A DNA stretch of 64,000 nucleotides from an uncultured Chloroflexia bacterium (GCA_963724295.1 CAVRUC010000001.1:165572-229571), one strand, 5' to 3'; positions 20,889 through 31,473 are shown, counted from the first letter of the stretch. The notes: generated by a model not told the origin, from the letters alone. Program-made: numbers and translations.

Positions 20889-21968
20889 TCATGGCAGCGG
20901 CGTTCCTACGGCAACAGGGCTCTCCAGGTCGAGCGGCTCGTACGGCGCGTAGCCGGTCAACTCGACGTAGCCGAGTCCGGCGACTGATCTGCCATGATGC
21001 GTTGCCGCGACGACGGCCTCCCCCTCCCAATAGATCACCCCGGTCGTCGCCCGCGTGTCCAGCTCCTGATCAGGGAGCGACGGCGTGATCGTCATGGCCA
21101 GCTCGTGGTCCGGAACGGCGATGGTCCAACCCGACGGATACGTGGTGCCGGTTTGCGGACTCGTCCACTCCCCATCCGCGGTAACGACGAAATCGCCTTC
21201 ACCGAGAACGGAGAGCTCGCCATCGGAGCTAACGATCGAGCCGTCGACGCGCAGAGTCCGGCCCTTGGCATCGCGAATCAGGTAAAGCATCGCGTCCGTC
21301 CCATCCTCGAGCTGGACCGAAAACCAGTCCCACCCGCCCTCCTGGTAGGTCGCGAAGTCTCCCCACTGATGGTCCATCCAGGCCTCGCCGGTAACCTGCT
21401 GCCAGCCCTGTCCGAGATCGAGCGCGCCGGTGACATCCATCCGCGTCCAGGAGTAGTAGTACGACGCGGTGCCATTGCCGTAGTCGATGTAGCCGTCTCC
21501 GTCGTGCAGCGCGGCCGGTTTCGTCGCATCGACGTCGAGGCGCATGGCATAGCCAGGCATGTCGGCCGCCAGCGCGAACTGGCCGTCGCCGCCCCGCATC
21601 GTCCATCCATTCAGGTCGAGGTCGAGGACCGCGGCTTCGCCCACGACTCCGGCTGCGCCGCGCAGACGCTGGTCGTAGCGGAAGCGCTGGCGCGGGTTGT
21701 CCGTGATCGCGAAGTGGGACACGTACCCTTCGAGATCGTCGCTCCGGGCGCGAAAGGTGACGTACTCGAATCCGTAGCGGTCGCCTTCCTCGGTGAAGAG
21801 GTGCCCGGTGAAGTACCACCACTCCACATCGACGTCATGCGGCCCGTCATCACGCGGAAAGGCGACCGGGACCGGCGCATCGGACGCGACCGGGGTTCCC
21901 GGCCATTGGTGAGCCGCGGCGGCCGGCGCCGAAAGCGCGAGCATCAGCAGGCACGCCAGCAGCCTCAC
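20889..21968 (-). CDS. AttH/CrtC-like lipocalin-domain protein
   Basis: Signal peptide; FPRDDGPH, EWWYFTG, SYYYS, AWMDHQW, GWDWF, YWEG and GYVELTGY; GTG overlaps the MMPL TGA. Confidence 0.88.
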   Translation of the reverse strand: MRLLACLLMLALSAPAAAAHQWPGTPVASDAPVPVAFPRDDGPHDVDVEWWYFTGHLFTEEGDRYGFEYVTFRARSDDLEGYVSHFAITDNPRQRFRYDQRLRGAAGVVGEAAVLDLDLNGWTMRGGDGQFALAADMPGYAMRLDVDATKPAALHDGDGYIDYGNGTASYYYSWTRMDVTGALDLGQGWQQVTGEAWMDHQWGDFATYQEGGWDWFSVQLEDGTDAMLYLIRDAKGRTLRVDGSIVSSDGELSVLGEGDFVVTADGEWTSPQTGTTYPSGWTIAVPDHELAMTITPSLPDQELDTRATTGVIYWEGEAVVAATHHGRSVAGLGYVELTGYAPYEPLDLESPVAVGTPLP

Positions 21969-24190
21969 ACGGATTCCTCGACCAGCGGTCGTGCCGGCAA
22001 CAGCCGGTGCAATGGCGATGGCAGCCACCAGTTCCACTCACCCAGCAATCGCATGGTCGACGGCACGAGCAGGGCTCGTACCACCGTGGCGTCCAGGAAG
22101 ACCGCCAGCGCGATCCCGAAGCCAAGCGCCTTGATCAAGACCACGTCGGCGGTGACGAACGACCCGGCGACCACCACCACCAGCAGTGCCGCCGAGGTGA
22201 TGATTCGCCCCGATCGCTGCAACCCGACGGCCACCGCCTGCGTGTTGTCTCCAGTCCGTTCCCATTCCTCACGAATGCGCGAGAGGAGGAAGACCTCGTA
22301 GTCCATACTCAGTCCGAAGAGAACGCAGAACATGATCACCGGCAGCGACGCCTCCACGAAGCCGAGACCGGTGAACCCCAGGAAGCCGCCCAGGTTCCCC
22401 TCCTGGAAGACCCAGACCAGGGCGCCGTAGGAGGCCAGGATCGACAGCCCGTTCATGAGCACCGCCTTCAATGGCAGCAGCACTGAGCGGAACAGCACCA
22501 GCAACACCAGATAGGTGGCGGCGACCACGAGGGCGATCGCCTTCGGGAAGTCGGCGTACATCTCGGCGACCACGTCGACGATCTCGGCCGTGCCGCCGTC
22601 CACCTGCACCGTCAGCCCGGGCAGCTCCATCGCTCGCAACTCGGCGAGCAGCGCCTTGTTCTCCTCGTCGTTCGGCAGGAAGGAGCTATAGGCCACAATC
22701 ACGGCCGAATTGTCATTGGCGAGCCGACCGGCGCCGGTGCCGACTCCGAGCCGGTTCAGACCTCGTTGCAGCAGGGCGACCCCGATGGCCTGCTCGCGCG
22801 GCAGGGTCGGGGGCGCGATGCTCTGCACCCGGGTCACGCGAGGGTCACTGGCCAACCTGGCGCCGACGGCGTAGATCGAACCCAGATGCTCCGTGGTGAA
22901 CAGGTCGCCCGGCGATTCTGACTGCACGACGATCAGGAACGGGGAGATCTCCCCGGCGCCGAACTCCGCTACCAGCGTGTCGAACGCTTGCCGCGACGGC
23001 AGATCGGGGGGCAGGATCGTGGCGTCGGGCGACGAGATATTGACGCGCAGAAACGGGGACCCGAGCAGCAAGAGCAGCGCCAGCGTCGGGATCAGCACCG
23101 CGAGCGGCCGCGCCATCACCGCGAGTGAGAGGCGCACCCAGAACCCGTCCCCGGCGGTGTCGTCGCGCGGTGGCCGGATGGCGAAGCGATCGATCCTGGT
23201 CCCCACCAGCGAGAGCAATGCCGGCAGGAGCGTCAGCGCGGCCACGGTCGACCAGGCCACCACGATGACCCCAGCGATGCCGACCGAGCGCAGGAACAGG
23301 AAGTCGAACAGTGTCAGACCCATCAAGCCGATCAAGACCGTGGCGCCGGAGAAGAAGACCGCCTTACCCGCCGTGGCGATCGTCCGCTCGACCGCCAGTG
23401 GCACGCTGCCGCCATTCCTCGCCAGCTCCTCGCGGAAGCGCGAGGTGACGAACAGCGAGTAGTCGACCGAAAGCCCCAGACCGAGCATGGTCGCCAGGTT
23501 GAGCACGAAAATCGAGAGGTCGGTCACTCGCGTCGCCGCGAAGATCGAGACGAGCACCAGCGTAACCCCGGCCGCCCCGATCGCCAGTGGCATCAACGCG
23601 GCGACGACGGAGCTGAATACCAGCAGCAGCGCGATCAGGGCGATGGGGAAGACGATCACTTCGGCGCGGCGCAGATCGCGCTGGCTCACGGTCTCGATGT
23701 CCCGGTAGAAGACGCCCGCTCCCGCGACAGACATCCGTACCTCGTCCTGCGGCACGAGCGCGGCTTCGAACTCCGGCACCAGGCGCTGCGCGTCTTCCGG
23801 TTCGGCAGAGAGCCCGACCACGGCGTAGGCGGTGTCGCCGTCGTCGGAGATCAGATTCGGGTCGGTCGTGGGAAGAATGATCCCGGTGACACCCGGCAAG
23901 GTCCGGACTCCGGCCAGGGAGCGATCGACCGCGGCCTGGAACGCGGGGTCATTGGCCCTCAGCGCCTCGGACTGATAGACGACCAGGAGGGTTGACGGTG
24001 CAAACCCGAGCTCGCGCTGCAGCACCTCACGGGCACGCGCGGCCTCCGTGTTCGGCGAGGAGAAGCCTCCGACTTTCAGCGAACCCGCCACGCGGGGCAG
24101 AACCGGGAGCGATAGCAAGAGCGCCGCACCCCAGACGATCAGGATCGCCCACCGCCAGCGGTACGCCATCCGGCCGAGCAACGAAAACAT
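21965..24190 (-). CDS. MMPL family RND transporter
   Basis: Two TM halves; GLGLSVDYSLFVTSRFREE, FGLSMDYEVFLLSRIREE and DATVVRALLVPSTMRLLGEWNWWLP. Confidence 0.95.
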   Translation of the reverse strand: MFSLLGRMAYRWRWAILIVWGAALLLSLPVLPRVAGSLKVGGFSSPNTEAARAREVLQRELGFAPSTLLVVYQSEALRANDPAFQAAVDRSLAGVRTLPGVTGIILPTTDPNLISDDGDTAYAVVGLSAEPEDAQRLVPEFEAALVPQDEVRMSVAGAGVFYRDIETVSQRDLRRAEVIVFPIALIALLLVFSSVVAALMPLAIGAAGVTLVLVSIFAATRVTDLSIFVLNLATMLGLGLSVDYSLFVTSRFREELARNGGSVPLAVERTIATAGKAVFFSGATVLIGLMGLTLFDFLFLRSVGIAGVIVVAWSTVAALTLLPALLSLVGTRIDRFAIRPPRDDTAGDGFWVRLSLAVMARPLAVLIPTLALLLLLGSPFLRVNISSPDATILPPDLPSRQAFDTLVAEFGAGEISPFLIVVQSESPGDLFTTEHLGSIYAVGARLASDPRVTRVQSIAPPTLPREQAIGVALLQRGLNRLGVGTGAGRLANDNSAVIVAYSSFLPNDEENKALLAELRAMELPGLTVQVDGGTAEIVDVVAEMYADFPKAIALVVAATYLVLLVLFRSVLLPLKAVLMNGLSILASYGALVWVFQEGNLGGFLGFTGLGFVEASLPVIMFCVLFGLSMDYEVFLLSRIREEWERTGDNTQAVAVGLQRSGRIITSAALLVVVVAGSFVTADVVLIKALGFGIALAVFLDATVVRALLVPSTMRLLGEWNWWLPSPLHRLLPARPLVEESV

Positions 24191-24211
24191 CGATTGGTTC
24201 TCTAAACCTCT

Positions 24212-24592
24212 CTAGAGATGTTCCGGAACCGGTTCGCCGATCGCGACGAACGTTCCATCCGCCGCTCGTTCGATCCGGCAGATGCGGCGCACCGCATGGC
24301 GCTCGAGCGGGCCGTGGATGTGAGGAAATCGCCGCTTGTCGTCCTCATACGTCACCGGAGCCGCGACCTGCTCCAGATCGACCTCGAGCACCAGGTATGG
24401 CCTCGGGTCGTCCCGGTAATAGCGGTTTCCCACCTCGATCACGAGGTCGCGCCCGTGCGTGCAGTGGATGAATCCTTCGCCGGAGAACCCGTCCGGCAGG
24501 TATTGAGTCTCGTCTTTCTGAGCCAGCCAGACCTCTTCGGGGACGAGGTGGAGCGTCACCGCCGGTTCTCGCTCACGGCTACTTTCAGGCAT
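24212..24592 (-). CDS. DUF952 family protein
   Basis: EGFIHCT and FPHIHGPL motifs. Confidence 0.85.
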   Translation of the reverse strand: MPESSREREPAVTLHLVPEEVWLAQKDETQYLPDGFSGEGFIHCTHGRDLVIEVGNRYYRDDPRPYLVLEVDLEQVAAPVTYEDDKRRFPHIHGPLERHAVRRICRIERAADGTFVAIGEPVPEHL

Positions 24593-24920
24593 GACGTCGA
24601 TTTCCCGGCAGCTGCCCAATCCTTCACCGGACCGCACATGTCATCATGCGGCGCTCGCGACGGCCAAGGGTACATGGCCTGGTCCCGTGTCGTCGCACGA
24701 CCGCGTTTGAGGTGCATGAGCGGGTCCCGTTTCGTTCCGTCGGAATGACGATCCGTCCACGGGCATAGGCTTGCCACGGCCGGCGGCAGCGACGGGCAAA
24801 GAATCGCACCCCGAGTGCTCGCGGCATCGAATCTGCGTTTATCGGCGTCGGAGGCCCGATCAGGACGGCCTCGTCTTCCTTGCCGCCGACCCACCACACG
24901 AACCTGTGCTGGAGCTCTCG

Positions 24921-25877
24921 ATGCCCGGATGCCTCGAGTTCGATGCCGCGATCGTCGGCGGCGGCCCCGCCGGGCTGGCGGCGGCGATCAACCTCGCCCG
25001 TGCCCTGCGCTCGGTGCTGGTCTGCGACCGCCCTCAGCCAGGGCGGTCGGACTACCCGCAGGTCAACCACAACTATCTGGGTTTCCCGGAGGGGGTGCCG
25101 GCGCGGGAGTTGCGCGCGCGGGGAACGGCGCAGGCGGAGCGGTATGGCGCGCGGGTCTGTGGTGCCGAGGTGGTGGCGATCAGAAGGACGGCTGACAGGT
25201 TCACCCTGGAGGGGTCAAACGGCGAGCGCTACCAGGCGCGCGGGGTGATCCTCGCCACGGGAGTCCGCGACAACTGGACGCGCTTCCCCGGGTTCGAGGC
25301 GTTCATCGGCCGCAGCTTGCACTGGTGCATCGTCTGCGACGGGTACGAGATGCGAGGCAAGCGGGTGGTGGTAGCCGGCAACGACGACGATGCGGCGACG
25401 ATGGCGGTGCAGCTGCGCCGCTTCACGCCGGACGTGACGCTGGTGACCAATGACGGCGCGCTGGGGCTGACGCCGGAGGCCGCCGATCGGCTGGCGCGGC
25501 GGGACCTGCCGGCGGTGATCGGGCGGATCACCTGCGGGCAGGCGCGAGCCGGCGAGCCGGGGATGCTAGCGTCCCTGCGGCTGGAGGACGGGCGGGAGCT
25601 GCCAGCGGAGCACCTCTTCAGCCATCAAGGGGCAACGCCGCAGACCGCGCTGGCGCGATCGCTGGGGGTGGCGCTGAGCGGCGGTGGCTACATCACCGTC
25701 GATACCGAGCAGCGGACCAGCGAGCCGTTCGTCTACGCGGCGGGGGACTGTACCCGGTTACTGGCCCACCAGATCGTGACGGCGGCGCACGAGGGTGCGA
25801 CGGCGGCGCAGACGCTCAACTACGACCTGTTCGAGGCGGACGAGCTCAAGGACGAAATCGGGGCGAGGGTCGCATGA
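24921..25877 (+). CDS. thioredoxin-reductase-like NAD(P)/FAD oxidoreductase
   Basis: IVGGGPAGLAAA, NYLGFPEG, ILATG, HWCIVCDGYE and VYAAGD. Confidence 0.9.
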   Translation: MPGCLEFDAAIVGGGPAGLAAAINLARALRSVLVCDRPQPGRSDYPQVNHNYLGFPEGVPARELRARGTAQAERYGARVCGAEVVAIRRTADRFTLEGSNGERYQARGVILATGVRDNWTRFPGFEAFIGRSLHWCIVCDGYEMRGKRVVVAGNDDDAATMAVQLRRFTPDVTLVTNDGALGLTPEAADRLARRDLPAVIGRITCGQARAGEPGMLASLRLEDGRELPAEHLFSHQGATPQTALARSLGVALSGGGYITVDTEQRTSEPFVYAAGDCTRLLAHQIVTAAHEGATAAQTLNYDLFEADELKDEIGARVA

Positions 25878-25899
25878 GCGGATCACGTGGTCACCGACT

Positions 25900-27144
25900 C
25901 TAGGACCAGTTCTTGTCCGAGCGCAGCTGCAATCGCTTGGCGGCCGCGACGATGTCACCCAGATCCACCGGGTCGCTGAACGGATCCTCGTCGAGCTCGG
26001 TGACGCGGTTCAGCTCGCGCTGCCAGCGGCGCAGCTCGGCGACGTAGGGCTCGAACGGGACCCGGCGCAGGTCACCGCCTTCCTCGACCACATCACAGAT
26101 CCCGTTGTGCAGCCACTCTCCCGAGTGCCAATTGGGCATGTCGACCGCCGGGAAGAGGCAGACGCCGTGCAGGTCGATCCCCTGCCGCACAGCGGCCAGC
26201 GACTCCTCGACGATGTCTTTGAGCCAATCCGGACGGCCGGCGCCCATACCGCTGGTCTCGCCGACGATCATCGGTCGCCGGTATCGCTCCCAGGCCCAGG
26301 TCAGCAGCTCCCCCAGCGGTTTGATGCGAGGGTCGTCGGGCGGCAAGGCGGCGTGTGGACCCTGCTCGCGAAACTCCATCTGCCCGAACGAGTAGCAGTT
26401 GACGCCGACGATATCGAGGATCTCCGGCGCGCCGCCGAACTCCGGGTGGCGCTTACCGGCGATCACGTCCCAGGCGTAGAACGTGTCCTCGAGCGTCTCC
26501 TGCTCAGCCTCGTCGGCGAGGTCAGGCCGGTCCTTCGGCGGGACCACGAGGATGAGCGGATCGATGTGAACCATACGCGCCTCCGCATCGACCTCGCGGA
26601 TGGCCTTCACCGCCGCGATGTCAGCCGCGCACAGCGCGAGACGGAGCGCCCGCCGGTCCTCCTTCGTGTTCCGGAAGGGAGCCGCCCACCCCCACTCCCC
26701 ACCCATGAAGCCGAAGAAAGTAATCTCGTTGATCGGCGTGAAGAAGTGCGATCCCCGCACCCGCGGCACGACGTATTCGGCCGCCGCCCGGGCATACGCG
26801 GCGAAGCGCTCGACGAAGTCCGGCGCGAATGGGTCGGCGTCATCGGGATAGCCGTAGTGGCAAAGATCCCAGATGGGCAGGATCTGATGGCGGTTCATGG
26901 CCGCGATGAACGGCTCCAGCGACGAAAAGTCGTAGTCTCCGTCGCGCTCGACGAGCGGCCACGGGATCCCCTCACGAGCGACGGCGATGCCCAGGCCGCG
27001 GAACATCGCATAGTCCTCGTCCACGTGGTCGGCGTGGCGCGTTTCCTCAATCAGATTGCGCCGGCCCTGGTCTCGCCAGTCAAACGTCGAGCATTCGAAG
27101 CCCGAGAGAAAGAACGTGGGGAAGATGCCCTCATGTGTAGCCAT
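25900..27144 (-). CDS. GH1-like glycoside hydrolase (beta-glucosidase-like)
   Basis: SGFECST, REGIPWP, WDLCHYGYP, TPINEI (acid/base) and IVGETS (nucleophile). Confidence 0.85.
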   Translation of the reverse strand: MATHEGIFPTFFLSGFECSTFDWRDQGRRNLIEETRHADHVDEDYAMFRGLGIAVAREGIPWPLVERDGDYDFSSLEPFIAAMNRHQILPIWDLCHYGYPDDADPFAPDFVERFAAYARAAAEYVVPRVRGSHFFTPINEITFFGFMGGEWGWAAPFRNTKEDRRALRLALCAADIAAVKAIREVDAEARMVHIDPLILVVPPKDRPDLADEAEQETLEDTFYAWDVIAGKRHPEFGGAPEILDIVGVNCYSFGQMEFREQGPHAALPPDDPRIKPLGELLTWAWERYRRPMIVGETSGMGAGRPDWLKDIVEESLAAVRQGIDLHGVCLFPAVDMPNWHSGEWLHNGICDVVEEGGDLRRVPFEPYVAELRRWQRELNRVTELDEDPFSDPVDLGDIVAAAKRLQLRSDKNWS

Positions 27145-27293
27145 GGCCTGTCCTCCAACGACGAGGACGGGACTATATCGGCGTCGGCCACCGAACGTCG
27201 AGAGAGCTACCAGGTCCCTATCTGGAGTTCGCCCAACTCAAACCATGGTCCTGCCTCACCGCCGGTTCTGAAGAAGACAGGCAAGGTGAAAGG

Positions 27294-28736
27294 TCATGGG
27301 CGTCCGTACGAGAGGTGGAACGGTCGTTGCTGATAAGCGTTTCCAACGCCGTCGGTGTAATACCCGAACGCCGCGAACCGGCGAGGGTCAGCCGTGGAAG
27401 GGCGAACCGTGATGTAATCACCCCATCGAGCCTCTGAAGACGCACCGGCGGTCGATGTCGACGTGTCGCGGAAGTAGACGACAAAGTCGCCGAGAATCCC
27501 GAAGCAGGAATTCGGATAATCGCTCGAGCCGCCTACGCCAACGCCGTATCCCACTTCACCGTTCGCAAGCGCAAGACACCCATAGGCAAATGCGTAGTCC
27601 GGGTTCCAAACCTGCCGCTCGTCAATAGTTGTCCAGCTATTCGTCGAGATTCGAGCAATTCGAACGTGGGCGTTCGGATACACAGGCGACTCACCTGGTG
27701 CACTGGCAGCGGCATCCCATGCCACCCAAATGGAACCCTCATCGGCCAAAGCAGCTGAGACGTGGGCAACTCCCCGAGTCAACCAGTCCACACCGTCAGG
27801 ATCCTCAGAATTCAAGTCTGCGTTCGTGGGGAACTGCCCGACCGCGACGCTGTGGAAACCGTAGGATCCCGCGCCATCGTCAAAGGTCATCACTTCTAGC
27901 GACGATGATGTTTCGATGGCTGCCAAATGCACGTTTTGTGGATTTTGTTGCGAAAGGTGCGAAAACGCGTAACGACGGTCGAGCGGATCCGTATGGCTCC
28001 AACTGACCGGTTGACGCTGGTCCAAATCGTCGAGCGAAAGGCTCATCACGACCCGCCCTTGCCCGACCAGGTTTGTCGTCATGTAAAGCTGTGTTTCGCT
28101 GTAGGCCAGATCCTGGCGGTCGGTCGCTACTCCCGGGAACCCGAGATCGGAAGATGTAAAGTTGTAGACCGTCCACCCTTGCTCGACGTCCCCCCCAATG
28201 TCAGCCGAGTGGGTCACCGCCAATCGAAAGTGCCCCTCGCCTGAGCTTGCAGATGGATCGTGCTGAAGCATCCAGCAGTACAGATCACGATGAGGAACAT
28301 GGATCATCACCGGGTCGACCGGGTGACCATTGGCGGCCGGCAGGAAGGCCGTCGGGCCGTGATCCGTGAAGGAGGCGCCCCCGTCAGTCGACGCCACCAG
28401 GTATGAATTACCGACGTAAAGAATGACGCCGTTAGGTGAGTCAGCGCCGCTTGGATCGGGGGGAACGCGGTTAAATATCCCGGGCAGGCTGGGATCAGTC
28501 ATTGGGGTATACGATTCGAAGGTGATGGACTGAGGAGGTTCTGGCCCGGTGGTGGGGACGTTCTCTGTCGCAGGACTCTGCTCGACTGCTGGTCCCTCAC
28601 CGAGGGGGATTGGTTGCGGCTCGTCCCGATCGAACTCATGCTCGGCACGCCGGCGGCGTGGCGGCTTGAGCGGTCTCGGCTTGACGTCTTCTACCGTGAT
28701 AGGTTCCTTGATCTTCCCTGTGGCCAGCTTTGGCAT
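27294..28736 (-). CDS. hypothetical protein, beta-propeller/BNR-like
   Basis: 480 aa; PPDPSG, Asp-box STDGGASF and RWGDY; AAGGAG SD; visibly less GC-biased codons. Confidence 0.7.
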   Translation of the reverse strand: MPKLATGKIKEPITVEDVKPRPLKPPRRRRAEHEFDRDEPQPIPLGEGPAVEQSPATENVPTTGPEPPQSITFESYTPMTDPSLPGIFNRVPPDPSGADSPNGVILYVGNSYLVASTDGGASFTDHGPTAFLPAANGHPVDPVMIHVPHRDLYCWMLQHDPSASSGEGHFRLAVTHSADIGGDVEQGWTVYNFTSSDLGFPGVATDRQDLAYSETQLYMTTNLVGQGRVVMSLSLDDLDQRQPVSWSHTDPLDRRYAFSHLSQQNPQNVHLAAIETSSSLEVMTFDDGAGSYGFHSVAVGQFPTNADLNSEDPDGVDWLTRGVAHVSAALADEGSIWVAWDAAASAPGESPVYPNAHVRIARISTNSWTTIDERQVWNPDYAFAYGCLALANGEVGYGVGVGGSSDYPNSCFGILGDFVVYFRDTSTSTAGASSEARWGDYITVRPSTADPRRFAAFGYYTDGVGNAYQQRPFHLSYGRP

Positions 28737-29137
28737 AGTTGTCTCCTTTCGTGACGAGTACCGAGTTTACGCCCGGTTCATCAAAATTGATACCGGAAGC
28801 GAAATCCAATGTTGCGAGGTAGCGACTTCGTAACGAAGTCCCGCGAGTCTTAGACATTCAGGCGTCACATGCTGCGTGCGAGTGAGGCCGTTCGCCGCGG
28901 AAGTCAGTGGTCGTGAATCGCCGGTCAACAGCGGACATGGCGAGGCCGGTTGCCGCCGATCGCGCCGTGGAACCTCTTGCCGGGCGAGAACCACAGGAGT
29001 AGAGTGGAATCGAGCCGGGTCGTTCAGGTGAAAACCCCGGCGCTCCCCTTACGTCGTCCGGTCGGCCCGCCGCCGTGGCGGCCCCAGCCGGACATCTCTC
29101 CCCTCCCGGGTCCCTCGGGCAAGGAAAGGAGACCAAC

Positions 29138-29371
29138 GTGGGACGCATCATCGTCGCCAATCGCCGCGGCCATCAGGTCGTAGAGTGGAGTACCACCGAC
29201 ACCGAGGAGGCCCGCGCAACGGTCGAAGAGGCCGAGCGGATCCTGCGCGAGGCTCGCGCCGCCGGCTGCGCGATATCCAGGAAGGTCGACGGCGTGCACG
29301 TCCTCGACCGCGGTGAGTTCGATCCCGACGCCGAGGAATACCAGATCGTCGCTCCCATCGCCGGCGGCTGA
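29138..29371 (+). CDS. small protein ending in di-glycine (ubiquitin/sulfur-carrier-like C-terminus)
   Basis: Strong SD AAGGAAAGGAG, GTG at 29138; 77 aa ending EFDPDAEEYQIVAPIAGG*. Confidence 0.8.
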   Translation: MGRIIVANRRGHQVVEWSTTDTEEARATVEEAERILREARAAGCAISRKVDGVHVLDRGEFDPDAEEYQIVAPIAGG

Positions 29372-29513
29372 TCCGGAACCGGTTCCTTCATCGGCAACGT
29401 CCCCGCGCCGCGCAGCCAGTCGCCAAACTGGCTGGCGCGGGCGCGGAGTCATGTCACGGACTGCCAACGGGCTGAACACCTCCAGTTCGCAACGCCACAG
29501 GTGAAAGTTGCGG

Positions 29514-30053
29514 ATGACCATGGGCATTTCCGACGCGGCCCGGCGATTGCTCGACTGGTTGCGCCAGGGGCTAGACGAACCGGACGAACATTTTGGCGTC
29601 TTCAGCGGCGCTGATCTGCCGGATGCTCACAGCGACGCCGTGGAGTGGCCCTGGCGCTATCGCTGGGACCACCTCCCGAAGCGCAGCGCGGGCTTCGGCT
29701 TCACCAGCCCCGACTACGATGCGGCCCGGACGCGTGCCGAAGAGATCGCCCGGCTCACGCTCGGCGACGAGCTGTGGACACGGGTCCGGCGCGTCGGTTA
29801 CGTCGACCTGCCGTCCCATCGCTTCCCGGGCGTCACCTACCGCCTGCGTGTCGGCCGCCGCATCGAAGTGCGCTGCGCCCCCGGCGTGGAGCCACCGTGG
29901 CGGCAGCCATTTCTCTGCATCAACCCGATCTACCCCTTACCGGAGGCCGAGTTCTTTGCCCATCTCTATCTCTACGCCCGCGACAACGAGGACGAGCTGA
30001 TCCGGGTAGCGGCACCGCAACCCTGGGACCAGCCGCTCGGCCGCACCTTCTGA
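29514..30053 (+). CDS. hypothetical protein, partner of the GG protein
   Basis: GC3-biased ORF; YRLRVG and LCINP..PLPEAE...DNEDELIRVA segments. Confidence 0.75.
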   Translation: MTMGISDAARRLLDWLRQGLDEPDEHFGVFSGADLPDAHSDAVEWPWRYRWDHLPKRSAGFGFTSPDYDAARTRAEEIARLTLGDELWTRVRRVGYVDLPSHRFPGVTYRLRVGRRIEVRCAPGVEPPWRQPFLCINPIYPLPEAEFFAHLYLYARDNEDELIRVAAPQPWDQPLGRTF

Positions 30054-30168
30054 GCGCCGCCGGTGCCGTCCAGTATTCGGGGGTGTTATGATCGCCGAAA
30101 GCAAGACTTTCCCCATGCCATTGCAGCAGGTCCGGCGGACAGCGGAGTGACGCAGGAGGAGTTGCACC

Positions 30169-31473
30169 ATGCGGAACAAGAATGCTGGTCTGTCCCAGGT
30201 CGTCAATGAAACCCTGACCGGTCGCCGGTCGCGCCGCGAGGTCGTCCAGCGGGCAGCCACACTTGGTTTAGCCGCCCCGCTGGTTGCGGCCGGGCTGACG
30301 CTGCCCCGTCAGGGCACGGAAGCGGCGGCGCAGGATGCGACACCCGTAGCCCCACCATCCGGAGAGCCGATCACGATCGGCGCCGCGGTTTCGACGACCG
30401 GTTCGAATGGGCGCACTGGTCTCTACCAACAGGAGGCGTACCTGCTCTGGGAGGAGCAGAAGAACGCGGCCGGCGGCCTCCTCGGTCGTCCGGTGCGGAT
30501 GGTGCTCTACGACGATCAGTCCGACCCGGCGACCGGTGCCCGCCTGTATGAGCGCCTGCTGACCGAAGATCAGGTCGATCTGATCCTTGGTCCCTACTCC
30601 TCGTCGGTGACGCAGGCGGTCGCCCAAGTCACCGAGCGCGCCGGCCAACCGATGCTGGCGGCCGGCGCCTCTGCTTCCGACATCTGGGCACGCGGGTACC
30701 AGTACGTTTTCGGCGTCTACTCGGTCGCCGAGGATTACTTCAAGAGCATCATTCTCGACATCGCCCCGGCCCAGGGCTACACGACCGCCGCCATCATCTA
30801 TGAAGACACGCTTTTCCCAACATCGACGGCGAACGGCGCGGCCGCGCATTGTGAAACCGCCGGCATCGAGGTCTTGGTCAACGAGGTCTACCCGGCCGAG
30901 GCGACCGACGTTTCCTCGGTGCTGACTAGAGTCCGTGACGCCAACCCGGACTTGCTGATCGGCGGGTCTTACCTTCCAGACTCCGTCCTCATCACCCGCC
31001 AGGCGAAGGAGCTTGGCGTAAACCCGAAGCTCTTCGCCTTCTCCGTCGGCGCCGCTCAACCCGATTTCGTGGAGAGCCTCGGCGCCGATGCGGACTACAT
31101 CCTCGGGCCGTCGATGTGGGAGCCGCAGGTAGAAACGCCCGGCAACGCGGAGTTCGTCGCCGCGTATGAGGCGAAGTTCGACCGCGAGCCCGATTACCAC
31201 TCGGCCGCCGGCTATTCCGCCTGCCAGGTGCTCGAAGCCGCCGTCACCCAGGTTGGCGGGCTCGATCTCGATGCCATCCGCGACGCGTTACGAGCGCTCC
31301 AGATGAAGACCGTGCTCCCCGGTCAGTATCAGGTCGATGAGGCTGGCAAGCAGATCGGGCACATCGCCCTGACTGTGCAGTGGCAGGACGGGGAAAAGCT
31401 GATCGTCACCCCCGAGGACTTCGCCGAAGGCGAGCTCCGGCTGCCTACCCCGCCATGGAATGAGCGCGGCTAG
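30169..31473 (+). CDS. branched-chain amino acid ABC transporter substrate-binding protein (Tat)
   Basis: SRREVV Tat signal; GGLLGRPV..YDDQSDP and ILGPYSS; AGGAGGAG SD. Confidence 0.92.
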   Translation: MRNKNAGLSQVVNETLTGRRSRREVVQRAATLGLAAPLVAAGLTLPRQGTEAAAQDATPVAPPSGEPITIGAAVSTTGSNGRTGLYQQEAYLLWEEQKNAAGGLLGRPVRMVLYDDQSDPATGARLYERLLTEDQVDLILGPYSSSVTQAVAQVTERAGQPMLAAGASASDIWARGYQYVFGVYSVAEDYFKSIILDIAPAQGYTTAAIIYEDTLFPTSTANGAAAHCETAGIEVLVNEVYPAEATDVSSVLTRVRDANPDLLIGGSYLPDSVLITRQAKELGVNPKLFAFSVGAAQPDFVESLGADADYILGPSMWEPQVETPGNAEFVAAYEAKFDREPDYHSAAGYSACQVLEAAVTQVGGLDLDAIRDALRALQMKTVLPGQYQVDEAGKQIGHIALTVQWQDGEKLIVTPEDFAEGELRLPTPPWNERG

